A DNA stretch of 64,000 bases from a virus. Taxonomy: Duplodnaviria; Caudoviricetes. How positions within the stretch are numbered: position 1 is the stretch's first letter; every line of letters starts with the position of its first letter. Made by a program: the position numbers and the translations under genes. A model generated the notes under the pieces. The model searched no databases, was not told where the DNA came from, and worked only from the letters and a program-made list of their open reading frames with translations. Shown one piece after another: positions 43,838-52,454 of this stretch. The stretch lies in the IMG/VR virus record IMGVR_UViG_3300046518_000260, positions 11,276 to 75,275 of that record. One strand, written 5' to 3'.

Positions 43838-45964
43838 TCAGACTGTTTGTAGGTCTCCCGAGAGAACGAAGGTTTCGCTCCCGATGCATTTGAGCATGAA
43901 TGAAACTCCGACCTTATTCCGCAAGGAAAGCGTGTCAGGAGTGATGATGGTAACGCCTGCACCCTCAACGAATGAGAGCTGCCCTGCGCCAATATTGACA
44001 CCAGCAATCACGTCGCCGTCATTGAACTGGTCTGGGTCGACCTGATAGGTCTTTGCTGCCGCGTTGTCGAAGATCAGATAGCCGTCGGCATGATCAGAAG
44101 TCGAAAGGTTCGGTATCAGTGAAAGCAAGAACGAAGGGCGGCTGCGACCCATCGACTTGAACGTCAAGCCGCTGTTGCCGACCGTGAAGGCGGTAAATGC
44201 CGGAATGTCATCGTTTGCCTGATAGACACCCCAAGGTGTCAAAACATTGTCGCCGCTGTTGACTGGCTTGGTGACATCGTATGTCGCATAGATCGCACCC
44301 TTGGGATTGACCATGGTCCATGCGTTGGCCGAGCCGTCAGTCACGACGACAAAGCCTGCACCAGCTGCTATGTCGCTGTTTGCCCGATAAAGCGTGCCGT
44401 ATCCATAGGCAGTATAGTTCAGGTTAATGACGAGATCGCCATTCTTGTATGCCTGCGCAATCGCCCAATCGCTGCGATACTTATCGCGCTCACCGACGAT
44501 GTATGCCTTGGTCGCATCAAACGGCCCGACCGGCTTGCCGCCTAGTGTGCGGTAAATCGAGCCTTGGTATTCGAACAGCTCTCGATCTACATAGGTCTGG
44601 TCTTCAGCAAACTGCCGCAAGATCAGATTGGTCGCAAGGTTGACCAAACGCCATGTTGATCCGCTGGACCCAATGTTGCCTCCCGTTGGGGGAGTGTTGA
44701 TCGGGATATCACCATTGGCGGCGTAGAACGTGCCGATGTAAGACACGATTTCGTCGATGGTGTAGGTCTTGGTTGTGTCGTAAGTCACACCAAGCGACGG
44801 GCTGAGTTCGCGCCATGTAGCGCCAGCAACGCCGATCACAAAAGCCGTATTGGTTGGGATCACATCGTTGGCGGCATAGATGTTCCCGGCATGCTCAACA
44901 GCGTCGTCTTTGCTGTAAGCCGAAGCCAGGAGCCACGGGCCGCGATAGATGTTTTTCTCGCCACCGACCACATCCCAATTGGCAGCGTTGAATGCGCCCG
45001 GCGCGATCGTCTGCTTTGCCCTATACAGCAAGCCGCCAATCACAACCACGGAATTCTTGCCGTAGGTCAGGTCTGCCGAGAAGTCGTTGATGTAGCACTG
45101 ATTGAGGATGACAAGCCGCCACGTCTGACCGGTTTCACCGACGACGAAAGGCGTATTGGCCGGTATAGTATCATTGGCGGCATAGTATTGTCCGTTGTTC
45201 AGAACGATCGTGTCTTTGAGGTACTGCTGCGTTTGGTCGTAAGGCAACGTACCGCCGCTCGGGCTTACCTCGTACCACGTAGCGCCTATCGTGCCGATGA
45301 CAAATTCCGTACCTGCCGGGATGGCAGCATTCGGCGAGTACAGCCGACCATTGCGCCGCACAAGGTAATTCGTTGAAGGGTATTCGCGGGCCTGCAACCA
45401 TTCGCCGGTATACAGCTGGAAAGTGATAGCCTGCGTCGTTCTGATCTCGCCATTACGGCAATAGATCATATAGTCGTCGGCCGTGTTCGGATATGACGTC
45501 GGTCCGGCGCACAGCTCTTCCTGGATTTTGACCATGAGGCTGTCATCACCACGGATCAACCATTTGCGGATGGTCGTGCCGTCGCAATACAGAATTGAAG
45601 CTTCTGCTTCGCCGCCGTCACTTTCCGCAACGCTACAGCTCAGTGAGCCGCCAATCTGTCCTGCAAGTTCGGCGACGAATTCTTCGAACGCCTCGGACAT
45701 GTTGTCCAGCGCGGAGCAATCCCAAACGCGGCCCGGTGCCATGGCTACGAAGAAGTTCACCAGTTCAGCGACAACCGCGTTCATCTGGGAATTTGGAATG
45801 CGCACGCCGCAATCGTCAGGCAAGGCCGTGACGTCACAGGTCGAGCCGAACGGTAGCGGTGGCGCTACCGGGTTTTCTACATTCGGCTGAGCGACAGGCA
45901 GGCCCGTGTCCGGATCACGGACAATAAGTCCACCAGCGCTTTGATCGGGGAAAATGCTTGGCAT
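43838..45964 (-). CDS. Tail fibre with eight CBM5/12-like repeats
   Basis: Repeated (W/Y/F)xxxxxY...V...G..Y.A...W units; Cys-rich N-terminus similar to the 45976 gene. Confidence 0.8.
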   Translation of the reverse strand: MPSIFPDQSAGGLIVRDPDTGLPVAQPNVENPVAPPLPFGSTCDVTALPDDCGVRIPNSQMNAVVAELVNFFVAMAPGRVWDCSALDNMSEAFEEFVAELAGQIGGSLSCSVAESDGGEAEASILYCDGTTIRKWLIRGDDSLMVKIQEELCAGPTSYPNTADDYMIYCRNGEIRTTQAITFQLYTGEWLQAREYPSTNYLVRRNGRLYSPNAAIPAGTEFVIGTIGATWYEVSPSGGTLPYDQTQQYLKDTIVLNNGQYYAANDTIPANTPFVVGETGQTWRLVILNQCYINDFSADLTYGKNSVVVIGGLLYRAKQTIAPGAFNAANWDVVGGEKNIYRGPWLLASAYSKDDAVEHAGNIYAANDVIPTNTAFVIGVAGATWRELSPSLGVTYDTTKTYTIDEIVSYIGTFYAANGDIPINTPPTGGNIGSSGSTWRLVNLATNLILRQFAEDQTYVDRELFEYQGSIYRTLGGKPVGPFDATKAYIVGERDKYRSDWAIAQAYKNGDLVINLNYTAYGYGTLYRANSDIAAGAGFVVVTDGSANAWTMVNPKGAIYATYDVTKPVNSGDNVLTPWGVYQANDDIPAFTAFTVGNSGLTFKSMGRSRPSFLLSLIPNLSTSDHADGYLIFDNAAAKTYQVDPDQFNDGDVIAGVNIGAGQLSFVEGAGVTIITPDTLSLRNKVGVSFMLKCIGSETFVLSGDLQTV

Positions 45965-45975
45965 GTATTTATCCC

Positions 45976-46878
45976 TTAGCCGTTGTAATCGACGCGGGTT
46001 GCGCCCCAAACGGACAATGCTTGGAAGTTGCCGCCAGTGCTTGAACCGTCGTAGCTGATGATGTCGCCGCCGTTATTCAGCGCGATCGCAAGGCCATTGT
46101 GGTTCAGCCACCAAACGCCGTCGGGTGCCTTGAAGAAAGCGTGGGTGCTTTCGCCGTGGATGTTGTTGGAATTGCCGGTATCGCCAGCAACTGCGATGCG
46201 GTTGAAGTCGCCGGAAGAAGTGGAGGACGGAACCCAACTTGCCGCACCGAAGCGGACATTGCCGTTGTTCGGGACCATGGCTTGGCAGACGCCAGCCGTG
46301 TATCCAGCCATGCTGAGGTTGCCAGACGCGCCGCCCGTACCGACGAACGTCCCAAGGAATGAGACCGGCCGGAAAGCGCCGAGTGACTGCGGCGTTGTAG
46401 GTGTCGGAACGCTCCCGAGGATGTTTGCTTTCAGGTCGCCGAACGTGATCTTGCGAGCTGAACCAACCGCGTTCTCGTTGAAGCCGATGGTGTCGTCGTC
46501 GCTGATACCGGCAAGATCGAAGATACCCGGCGCCAGCGAGAGAATGCTTTTCATGCTGGCGATGCCGCTAGCGCCGTCAAAGCAACCTGCGATGAAATCG
46601 TCCGTGTCAGGAACCTTGCCCGGCAGGGAACACAGCGCCGTCAGCTTGATGATTGCTCGCTGAAGGTTGTCCAGCTTTGAGCAATCATAGGCAATGTCAG
46701 CACCATTGACCGCGTTGATAAGTTCAGAGATTATGGCGTTCGTTGCAACCGGATCGAAGCGCGGATTGCAGTCAGCCCGATAGAACAACGGGTCGCAGCC
46801 CGCAAGCACATTCGGGCTAAGGACTGCGTTGCGCGTGTTCGCGGGAGTAGTGCCGCCGCTTGGAAACAAACCAGCCAT
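45976..46878 (-). CDS. Tail fibre / baseplate-attached spike protein
   Basis: N-terminus paralogous to the 43838 gene (CxxxFYxxDC...NAIISELIN...DCSKLDN). Confidence 0.7.
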   Translation of the reverse strand: MAGLFPSGGTTPANTRNAVLSPNVLAGCDPLFYRADCNPRFDPVATNAIISELINAVNGADIAYDCSKLDNLQRAIIKLTALCSLPGKVPDTDDFIAGCFDGASGIASMKSILSLAPGIFDLAGISDDDTIGFNENAVGSARKITFGDLKANILGSVPTPTTPQSLGAFRPVSFLGTFVGTGGASGNLSMAGYTAGVCQAMVPNNGNVRFGAASWVPSSTSSGDFNRIAVAGDTGNSNNIHGESTHAFFKAPDGVWWLNHNGLAIALNNGGDIISYDGSSTGGNFQALSVWGATRVDYNG

Positions 46879-46890
46879 TTCAAGTCCTCG

Positions 46891-47775
46891 TTATGGTTGT
46901 CTGACTAGACAAATCTTGCAGCACGTCGGCAGCATCGATCTTACAATGCAATGTGCCGCCAAGGTCAATGGATAAGCTTTGGCTGGTCCGCCGACACATA
47001 TTCCGTGGCCGGGCGTCAGGTAAAGTTTAACCTGCTTCTGACCCTGGAGTATAGTGGTTTCAGTTCGCTGACCAGTGTCTTTAAGCACGACGTTAGCGAA
47101 GTCGGCAGTCGGTCGAAGGATAAGGCATGGCGGTTCGCCAGTGGCCGGATCATAGTTGGGGTCGAGCACCAATTCCGAATACAACGAACTCAGAATGAAA
47201 TTGATCGAGCACAAGTTTTCGATGATGCCGTGACGCAGCCGCCACAACGCAATGATCACTCCGCGCTTGTAGATGCGCGTGAGTTCCTCACCAAAGGTCG
47301 GTGGGCAAAACTCGACGCCGCAAGGCCCGATAATCTCGTAAGGAGTGATGGGGCCGAGTTCAGGGGCGCGGCAGAAGGTGTTATAACAATCAATCCACCC
47401 GAGACGATCCAACCATTCATCCATGGTCGAATACGCGGTAAACGGATTGGCCTCTCTGACGGCAGGCCATAGCGCTCCCATGATATAGTAATGGAGCTTT
47501 TTGGCTGTATAGATAGAATGCAGCACAAGGCTAGCGCACATATCTTTCTCGTCCCCAAAGGGTTCGGCACAATTGTCGTCGCATAGACCCCTGCACCCGA
47601 TCGCGAGTTCCTTGGAAGCGTCCCATAGGGGTCCAGATGGCAGAAGGGCGACAGCATTGCAGGCTAAACTCTCTGGTGAGATCGACAAGATGTCGGGAGG
47701 GCAGCAGCCGTCGGAAGGCATTTCGCCAACCGGCACGCAGCCGTCAATCCCGTTCTGGTAAACATAACCGTCCAT
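46891..47775 (-). CDS. Baseplate wedge protein (YmfQ/DUF2313-like), Cys-rich
   Basis: ALLPSGPLWD...EANPFTA...DEWLDRLG; follows baseplate J. Confidence 0.7.
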   Translation of the reverse strand: MDGYVYQNGIDGCVPVGEMPSDGCCPPDILSISPESLACNAVALLPSGPLWDASKELAIGCRGLCDDNCAEPFGDEKDMCASLVLHSIYTAKKLHYYIMGALWPAVREANPFTAYSTMDEWLDRLGWIDCYNTFCRAPELGPITPYEIIGPCGVEFCPPTFGEELTRIYKRGVIIALWRLRHGIIENLCSINFILSSLYSELVLDPNYDPATGEPPCLILRPTADFANVVLKDTGQRTETTILQGQKQVKLYLTPGHGICVGGPAKAYPLTLAAHCIVRSMLPTCCKICLVRQP

Positions 47776-47782
47776 TTGTCAA

Positions 47783-48958
47783 TCAATTCGGGTTGGTGAA
47801 TTCAATGTCTGTTACCGTGATGCGGAAATCACAGAGCGGCTCCGCATCACCGCAAGTCGTAATCTGACTGTTCGCATCATTGGCCGTTATGAGGATGTCA
47901 TAATTGCCGGTGCCTGCCATCAGCTGCGCGACGATGGAGTTCAGGTCTCGAAGATATAGGGTGTCAGATGGACACAGTCTTCCGACAAACTCCAGCAAGC
48001 GCTCTCTAATTTCATTGGCCGTTCCAGGAGAAGTGCAGGCCATGCCATCAATGGTGATGGTGACGGACGCTTCTCCGAACGTGTAGAGTTTGCCGGTGAT
48101 ACCCCAAGGGACTTGTCCTTGGCCGATACCCTGAACGACCCCAAAGAGCCATTCCTGTATTTCGTCGATGACGTTCTGTGATGCTGCGCCAAAGTCGAAA
48201 ACTCCGTCGAATATCGGGTAAAGTCGGATCGGCCGAGCGCAGTCAATGCCGCCTTGCCAGATGAGCGCATCTTCCGGTTCGCAGCATGTGCCGCCGCGTT
48301 CGCAGACACTCGTGATGCACGGCCATTCAAGCAATTTCTGCTTGACCGCGTCAAGGCTGGCATTGGGCTTGTAGCGCATCCGTTCAAGGTAGCGCGTGCG
48401 GAACTGTTCGCATTCCTCTGCTACTGCGCCGCCGCAGAATTGCCCGCCGTAAATTGTCAGTGTTGAATTGATGCCTTCGATCGCTGCGTTCAGCTGCCCG
48501 CTGGTCGTGCCTGATTTCAGGTTGCCGTCGGTTCCCGGTTCCAGCGCCCGCATCCGCACGACCAGACTGCCGGATGTCGGCAATTGGCTCGGGAGCGTAT
48601 TAGCGCTGATATATTGCTGCCCTGAAATGGTGGCTTCAAACGAAGCTGGAAGCGCCGAACCGGCAACTCCTGTCATCTGAATATAGCCAGAAGCAAACGT
48701 CGCTGGCTTGGGATAGAAGCCATCATTCGCCGCCATAGTGACCAGATTGTCGCAGCATGCATAACGCGGATCGCGCTCGCGCCAAGACTGTTCGGAGATG
48801 GAGAAGAACTGCTCAGACATGGCATAGTCGTTCGACACGACATACCACTCATTGCTTTCTGGTATGATATTCGCGCCGCCGAGCACGTTCGATGAGAACA
48901 TCGACTTGATGCTCTCAAACAAGACGCGCGGGTCTGGACGCTCGATTTCACATGCCAT
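47783..48958 (-). CDS. Baseplate J-like protein
   Basis: GTDGN, GGAVAEECEQFRTRYLER; synteny. Confidence 0.85.
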   Translation of the reverse strand: MACEIERPDPRVLFESIKSMFSSNVLGGANIIPESNEWYVVSNDYAMSEQFFSISEQSWRERDPRYACCDNLVTMAANDGFYPKPATFASGYIQMTGVAGSALPASFEATISGQQYISANTLPSQLPTSGSLVVRMRALEPGTDGNLKSGTTSGQLNAAIEGINSTLTIYGGQFCGGAVAEECEQFRTRYLERMRYKPNASLDAVKQKLLEWPCITSVCERGGTCCEPEDALIWQGGIDCARPIRLYPIFDGVFDFGAASQNVIDEIQEWLFGVVQGIGQGQVPWGITGKLYTFGEASVTITIDGMACTSPGTANEIRERLLEFVGRLCPSDTLYLRDLNSIVAQLMAGTGNYDILITANDANSQITTCGDAEPLCDFRITVTDIEFTNPN

Positions 48959-49503
48959 TAATTCGATCCCCAGACCCAGGAGTTTTCAAGCCGATTGCCG
49001 GTAATGCCGACCCTTGAAGTCAGGCCGTCTTGGCTAATAATATCTATCGCTGCATCGAAAACGTTGCTGCCTAAATACTTTACTTTAACATCGACACTAA
49101 GAGCAACACCATACAACACAAGCTTGTGCAGCGATGTGGTCAAATTTGCCTGTATAAGCTTGATAGCTTCCGCAATGGTGTAGGTCGTAGGAATGTCGCG
49201 CAGGTTGGTGCCGACATTCAGGTTATCACCATAGCTCTCGGACCAGTGCCCGCCACGCGCGCCCGGCCTGTAACCGCAAGCGCGGTCGGCCTTCTTGCCA
49301 TTCGTGAGAATGATATTTAGCGCAAGACTGCGCACATAATTGTCATTCTTGAATGTGCGGCCTGCCTGTCCTCCCGGTACGTAGGATTTCAATCCAGAGG
49401 AGCCGCAGTTGGAATGACAGTAGCTCTGTTCGCCGCAAGCATCAGGCTGCGTCGTCCAGAAGATGCGGCGGCGTCCTTGAATTGGAACATTGCACTCAGC
49501 CAT
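48958..49503 (-). CDS. Mu gp46-like baseplate protein
   Basis: RGGHWSESY...GTNL; ALSVDV; synteny. Confidence 0.7.
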   Translation of the reverse strand: MAECNVPIQGRRRIFWTTQPDACGEQSYCHSNCGSSGLKSYVPGGQAGRTFKNDNYVRSLALNIILTNGKKADRACGYRPGARGGHWSESYGDNLNVGTNLRDIPTTYTIAEAIKLIQANLTTSLHKLVLYGVALSVDVKVKYLGSNVFDAAIDIISQDGLTSRVGITGNRLENSWVWGSN

Positions 49504-49504
49504 T

Positions 49505-50020
49505 TCATTCCTCGAATGGTGGGATGTCGACCGTACCGTTTGAACTGTCTGGCGTCACGACGCGCACGTTGACCGTGGCTGTGCCTGATACTTCCAAGTC
49601 ACCACGAATGATGACCTTGCCGTCTTTCACTTCCAGGATGCCCATCAGCGCGGCGAAGTTGTCCGTGATCCAAGCCCGTTTGGCATTGAACTCCAGCGCC
49701 TTGGCCGGGTCTTCAGGGTGCTGAACGCCGCCCGTGCCTTCCTTCCATGCCCGCTGCTTATCCCTTGGGATAGTGACTAGGGCCAATTTCAGGCTTGGGT
49801 CAGAACCGCTGGCAAGCAGGAACACTTCGGTATTCTTGTTTTCTGCGAAGTTGGCTCCGACCCCAAGGTTAATGAGGACGGCCTCTTCGTCAACTGTGCC
49901 GTTGCCGCGAACCTTGATGATCGCGCCGGTATCCAAATGCTGAATTTTGCCAAAGACGTGCCGCTCAATGCCATCTTGCATGTCGCGGTTTCTGCTCTGG
50001 AAATTTTCCATCGAAGTCAT
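49505..50020 (-). CDS. Baseplate spike (Mu gp45-like)
   Basis: Synteny; beta-rich C-terminus KVIIRGDLEVSGT. Confidence 0.65.
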   Translation of the reverse strand: MTSMENFQSRNRDMQDGIERHVFGKIQHLDTGAIIKVRGNGTVDEEAVLINLGVGANFAENKNTEVFLLASGSDPSLKLALVTIPRDKQRAWKEGTGGVQHPEDPAKALEFNAKRAWITDNFAALMGILEVKDGKVIIRGDLEVSGTATVNVRVVTPDSSNGTVDIPPFEE

Positions 50021-50032
50021 GCCGTTACTCCG

Positions 50033-51268
50033 TTATGGTAATTTCAATGGTGGCGTATTAATCTGAATACCGCCGAGAAAGTCAGGCTGTTGTATCACTG
50101 GCGCTTGCGAGAAGCTAGGTGAAAACTGCAGATCGGCAGGCTCCCAGATGTCCATCGTTTCGACACCGAGTTGTGCCCGGCGCTGCTTGCCAATGCCCGC
50201 TTTGGTCGTCGTGGGAACGCCTGAACTTGGCGCGGGTGGCGGCGCAAGCGTCAGCGTTGTCTTCAACGTACCTTGGGCGTCGACCGTATAATCGAGCTCA
50301 ATAACTTCCATAACATTGAAGATACCTTCAGGCGGAACTTCGACATAGTGCAGCGTCCCCAAATCCCAAGGCTGCCCTGATGGGGTCTGCACATGGAACA
50401 CATCTATTGTGACTTTCAACGACTGAGCAGTGCGCTTGTCGCTTTCGAACTTGAGCCGACGGTCCAGCGCTTCCGGAGACGCGTCACCGTAATGCTGAAT
50501 TATGAATGGAGTGTCTTTGTCAGTGCTTGCCTTCTTGGCTGACTTCAGAACATTCAGGACGGCTTCTTCGCCCCAAACAGTCTTGCTAATGCGCTGACCT
50601 TTAACCACAATGCGCGACTTGTCGTGGTCTTCGGACTGGTCCGCCGAGAACGAGAGAATGTTTGTGCCAAGAATAAGATCGTCGCCCATCTCTTGCGGCT
50701 CGTCGGTGAAGCGCAGCTTGCCGTCGCGGGTCTCGTAGAAGTAATGGCCGTTCTCGTTTCCGAGCCGTTGTAACTCGTAAAGAACATTGCATCCGTCCCG
50801 CAAGCAAACTCGTTCAAGTTTCACATCCGCCGCCTGCCAGTCAAGCTCGACCTGAAAATCCTTTGTCAGTGCTTCCGCGACCTGCCGTGTTGTCGGCTTG
50901 AGCATCGTTCCGGTTTTGTGCTGGTGCGAACTGTCAATAAGATATTTTGTGCGACCGCGAGCGGAAAGGCTAACCGAATAGGCATTCGGAGATATTGATG
51001 AAGTAACTTCAGAAACAGCATCTTTGTTCGAATGCCCCTTGCCGTTGCGTTTGTCGATTGCCCCAAAGAAGGCTAGTTGTCCGCCGACATAGACGGAGAT
51101 ATCCCGACCGCGCAATGCCTGAACCATGATTGGTGATTTAGGCATATAATTGAAGAACACGTCGCAGTCAAACGAACCTGTCAGGTCAGCCTTCTTGCGG
51201 GACAACTTCGCGCCGGTATATTGTTCCAGTTCTTTACCGTCAGCGAATATCTGGAAAGGCTTAGCCAT
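50033..51268 (-). CDS. Baseplate hub (Mu gp44/P-like)
   Basis: LSARGRTKYLIDSS, LGTNILS, IVVKGQ, QPW; synteny. Confidence 0.8.
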   Translation of the reverse strand: MAKPFQIFADGKELEQYTGAKLSRKKADLTGSFDCDVFFNYMPKSPIMVQALRGRDISVYVGGQLAFFGAIDKRNGKGHSNKDAVSEVTSSISPNAYSVSLSARGRTKYLIDSSHQHKTGTMLKPTTRQVAEALTKDFQVELDWQAADVKLERVCLRDGCNVLYELQRLGNENGHYFYETRDGKLRFTDEPQEMGDDLILGTNILSFSADQSEDHDKSRIVVKGQRISKTVWGEEAVLNVLKSAKKASTDKDTPFIIQHYGDASPEALDRRLKFESDKRTAQSLKVTIDVFHVQTPSGQPWDLGTLHYVEVPPEGIFNVMEVIELDYTVDAQGTLKTTLTLAPPPAPSSGVPTTTKAGIGKQRRAQLGVETMDIWEPADLQFSPSFSQAPVIQQPDFLGGIQINTPPLKLP

Positions 51269-52454
51269 TTGCAGCCCTCGCAGCGATCACCTTCGGGCCA
51301 ACCTGCCAAGGCCAACCATACGGATTGCGCTGTTCAATATCCTTGAACTGCGTAGCGTCGCTCATGATCTGATAAGCCGCCACCAAGGAATGGACTGAGC
51401 TGGCGAACTGATATTCGACAACGGCCGGAGAGTTGTAGGCTCGATCGAGCAACTGCTTCTTGACGTCTTCAACGAAACGCGCCAGCTTGACATAGAGTTT
51501 GCTGTTGCATCGCTGCTGTGCGATCACCAGTTCTTGGTTGAAGGCCCCAACGACAGTGTCGTATTGGCTGAACGCTTCTGCCATGTCTTTCGGCTGCGTT
51601 TCGAGTATTGCTCTGGCAAGGTAGCCCGCGCCTAGTGCGCGCATAAAAGTTTGCACGGCGTTTACAGAGCTCTCTCCGGTACGACCAACGAGAATTGAAT
51701 TGGTGTTCTGGTTGATAAGGTTCCGGAACAGCGTCTGTTTGTCTGTGCTATCGCCATACTTGTCGACGAGCGCCATGCCATCGCGCATTGCAGGCAGCAA
51801 CGTCTTTTTCTGGGAGAGCAGACCGCTATCAGTTGACAGTGTGTCATAGGCCGAAAGCGACCTGTACACATTCAGATTGTCTTCGTCCTTGGCAGCCTGC
51901 CCGTAGGCCAATGAAATTGATTGCACCGCCGTTTGAGAAGTTCCGACGACGGCCGCGCGGTCGTAGAACGTGACCGTCTCAGGATGGTAGTCGTCATTGA
52001 AGCTTTCGGTCAGCGCATCAATAAGCGGATCAAGGACAAGACCAAGAAGCTGCCCAACAAGACTAAGACCATTGGGGAAGATTTCAGCTTCGACCATATC
52101 CATGTCGAACTCTGTAACGCCCTGCATGTCCATCGGGTTATCGCGGACACGAAGCTGCTTACATGCGACAATGATAATACCTCGCGTAGGATGGACCAGA
52201 GGCCCAGGACCCGGCGTCTCGCAGACTGCAATAAGAGCGGCTGCACGGAGCACATGGTCATTAGTAGCCAGACGACCGGCAATGCTATAAGTGCGAATAA
52301 GCCTGCCCATGTCCGCATATGCAGTTGTCTCTCCGAACGGAAACTCGCCCTCAGCGCCGCGTCGGCCGTGTTGACTATTCACTTCCATTGCATCAAAGGC
52401 AATGCCCTTGTAGCTGGCAGGAAGATATGGATCTTTGTAACAAGCTTCAGCCAT
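51261..52454 (-). CDS. DNA circularisation / tail-tube initiator protein (Mu gp43-like)
   Basis: LPASYKGIAF...GRR...EFPF...DMGR...GPGPLVHP. Confidence 0.85.
   Translation of the reverse strand: MAEACYKDPYLPASYKGIAFDAMEVNSQHGRRGAEGEFPFGETTAYADMGRLIRTYSIAGRLATNDHVLRAAALIAVCETPGPGPLVHPTRGIIIVACKQLRVRDNPMDMQGVTEFDMDMVEAEIFPNGLSLVGQLLGLVLDPLIDALTESFNDDYHPETVTFYDRAAVVGTSQTAVQSISLAYGQAAKDEDNLNVYRSLSAYDTLSTDSGLLSQKKTLLPAMRDGMALVDKYGDSTDKQTLFRNLINQNTNSILVGRTGESSVNAVQTFMRALGAGYLARAILETQPKDMAEAFSQYDTVVGAFNQELVIAQQRCNSKLYVKLARFVEDVKKQLLDRAYNSPAVVEYQFASSVHSLVAAYQIMSDATQFKDIEQRNPYGWPWQVGPKVIAARAANG

Noticed and set aside
51261-52454. Mu-like transposable lifestyle suggested by the DNA-circularisation gene
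   Set aside because: This family is a structural tail-hub component in Mu-like tails, and no MuA/MuB transposase is present.
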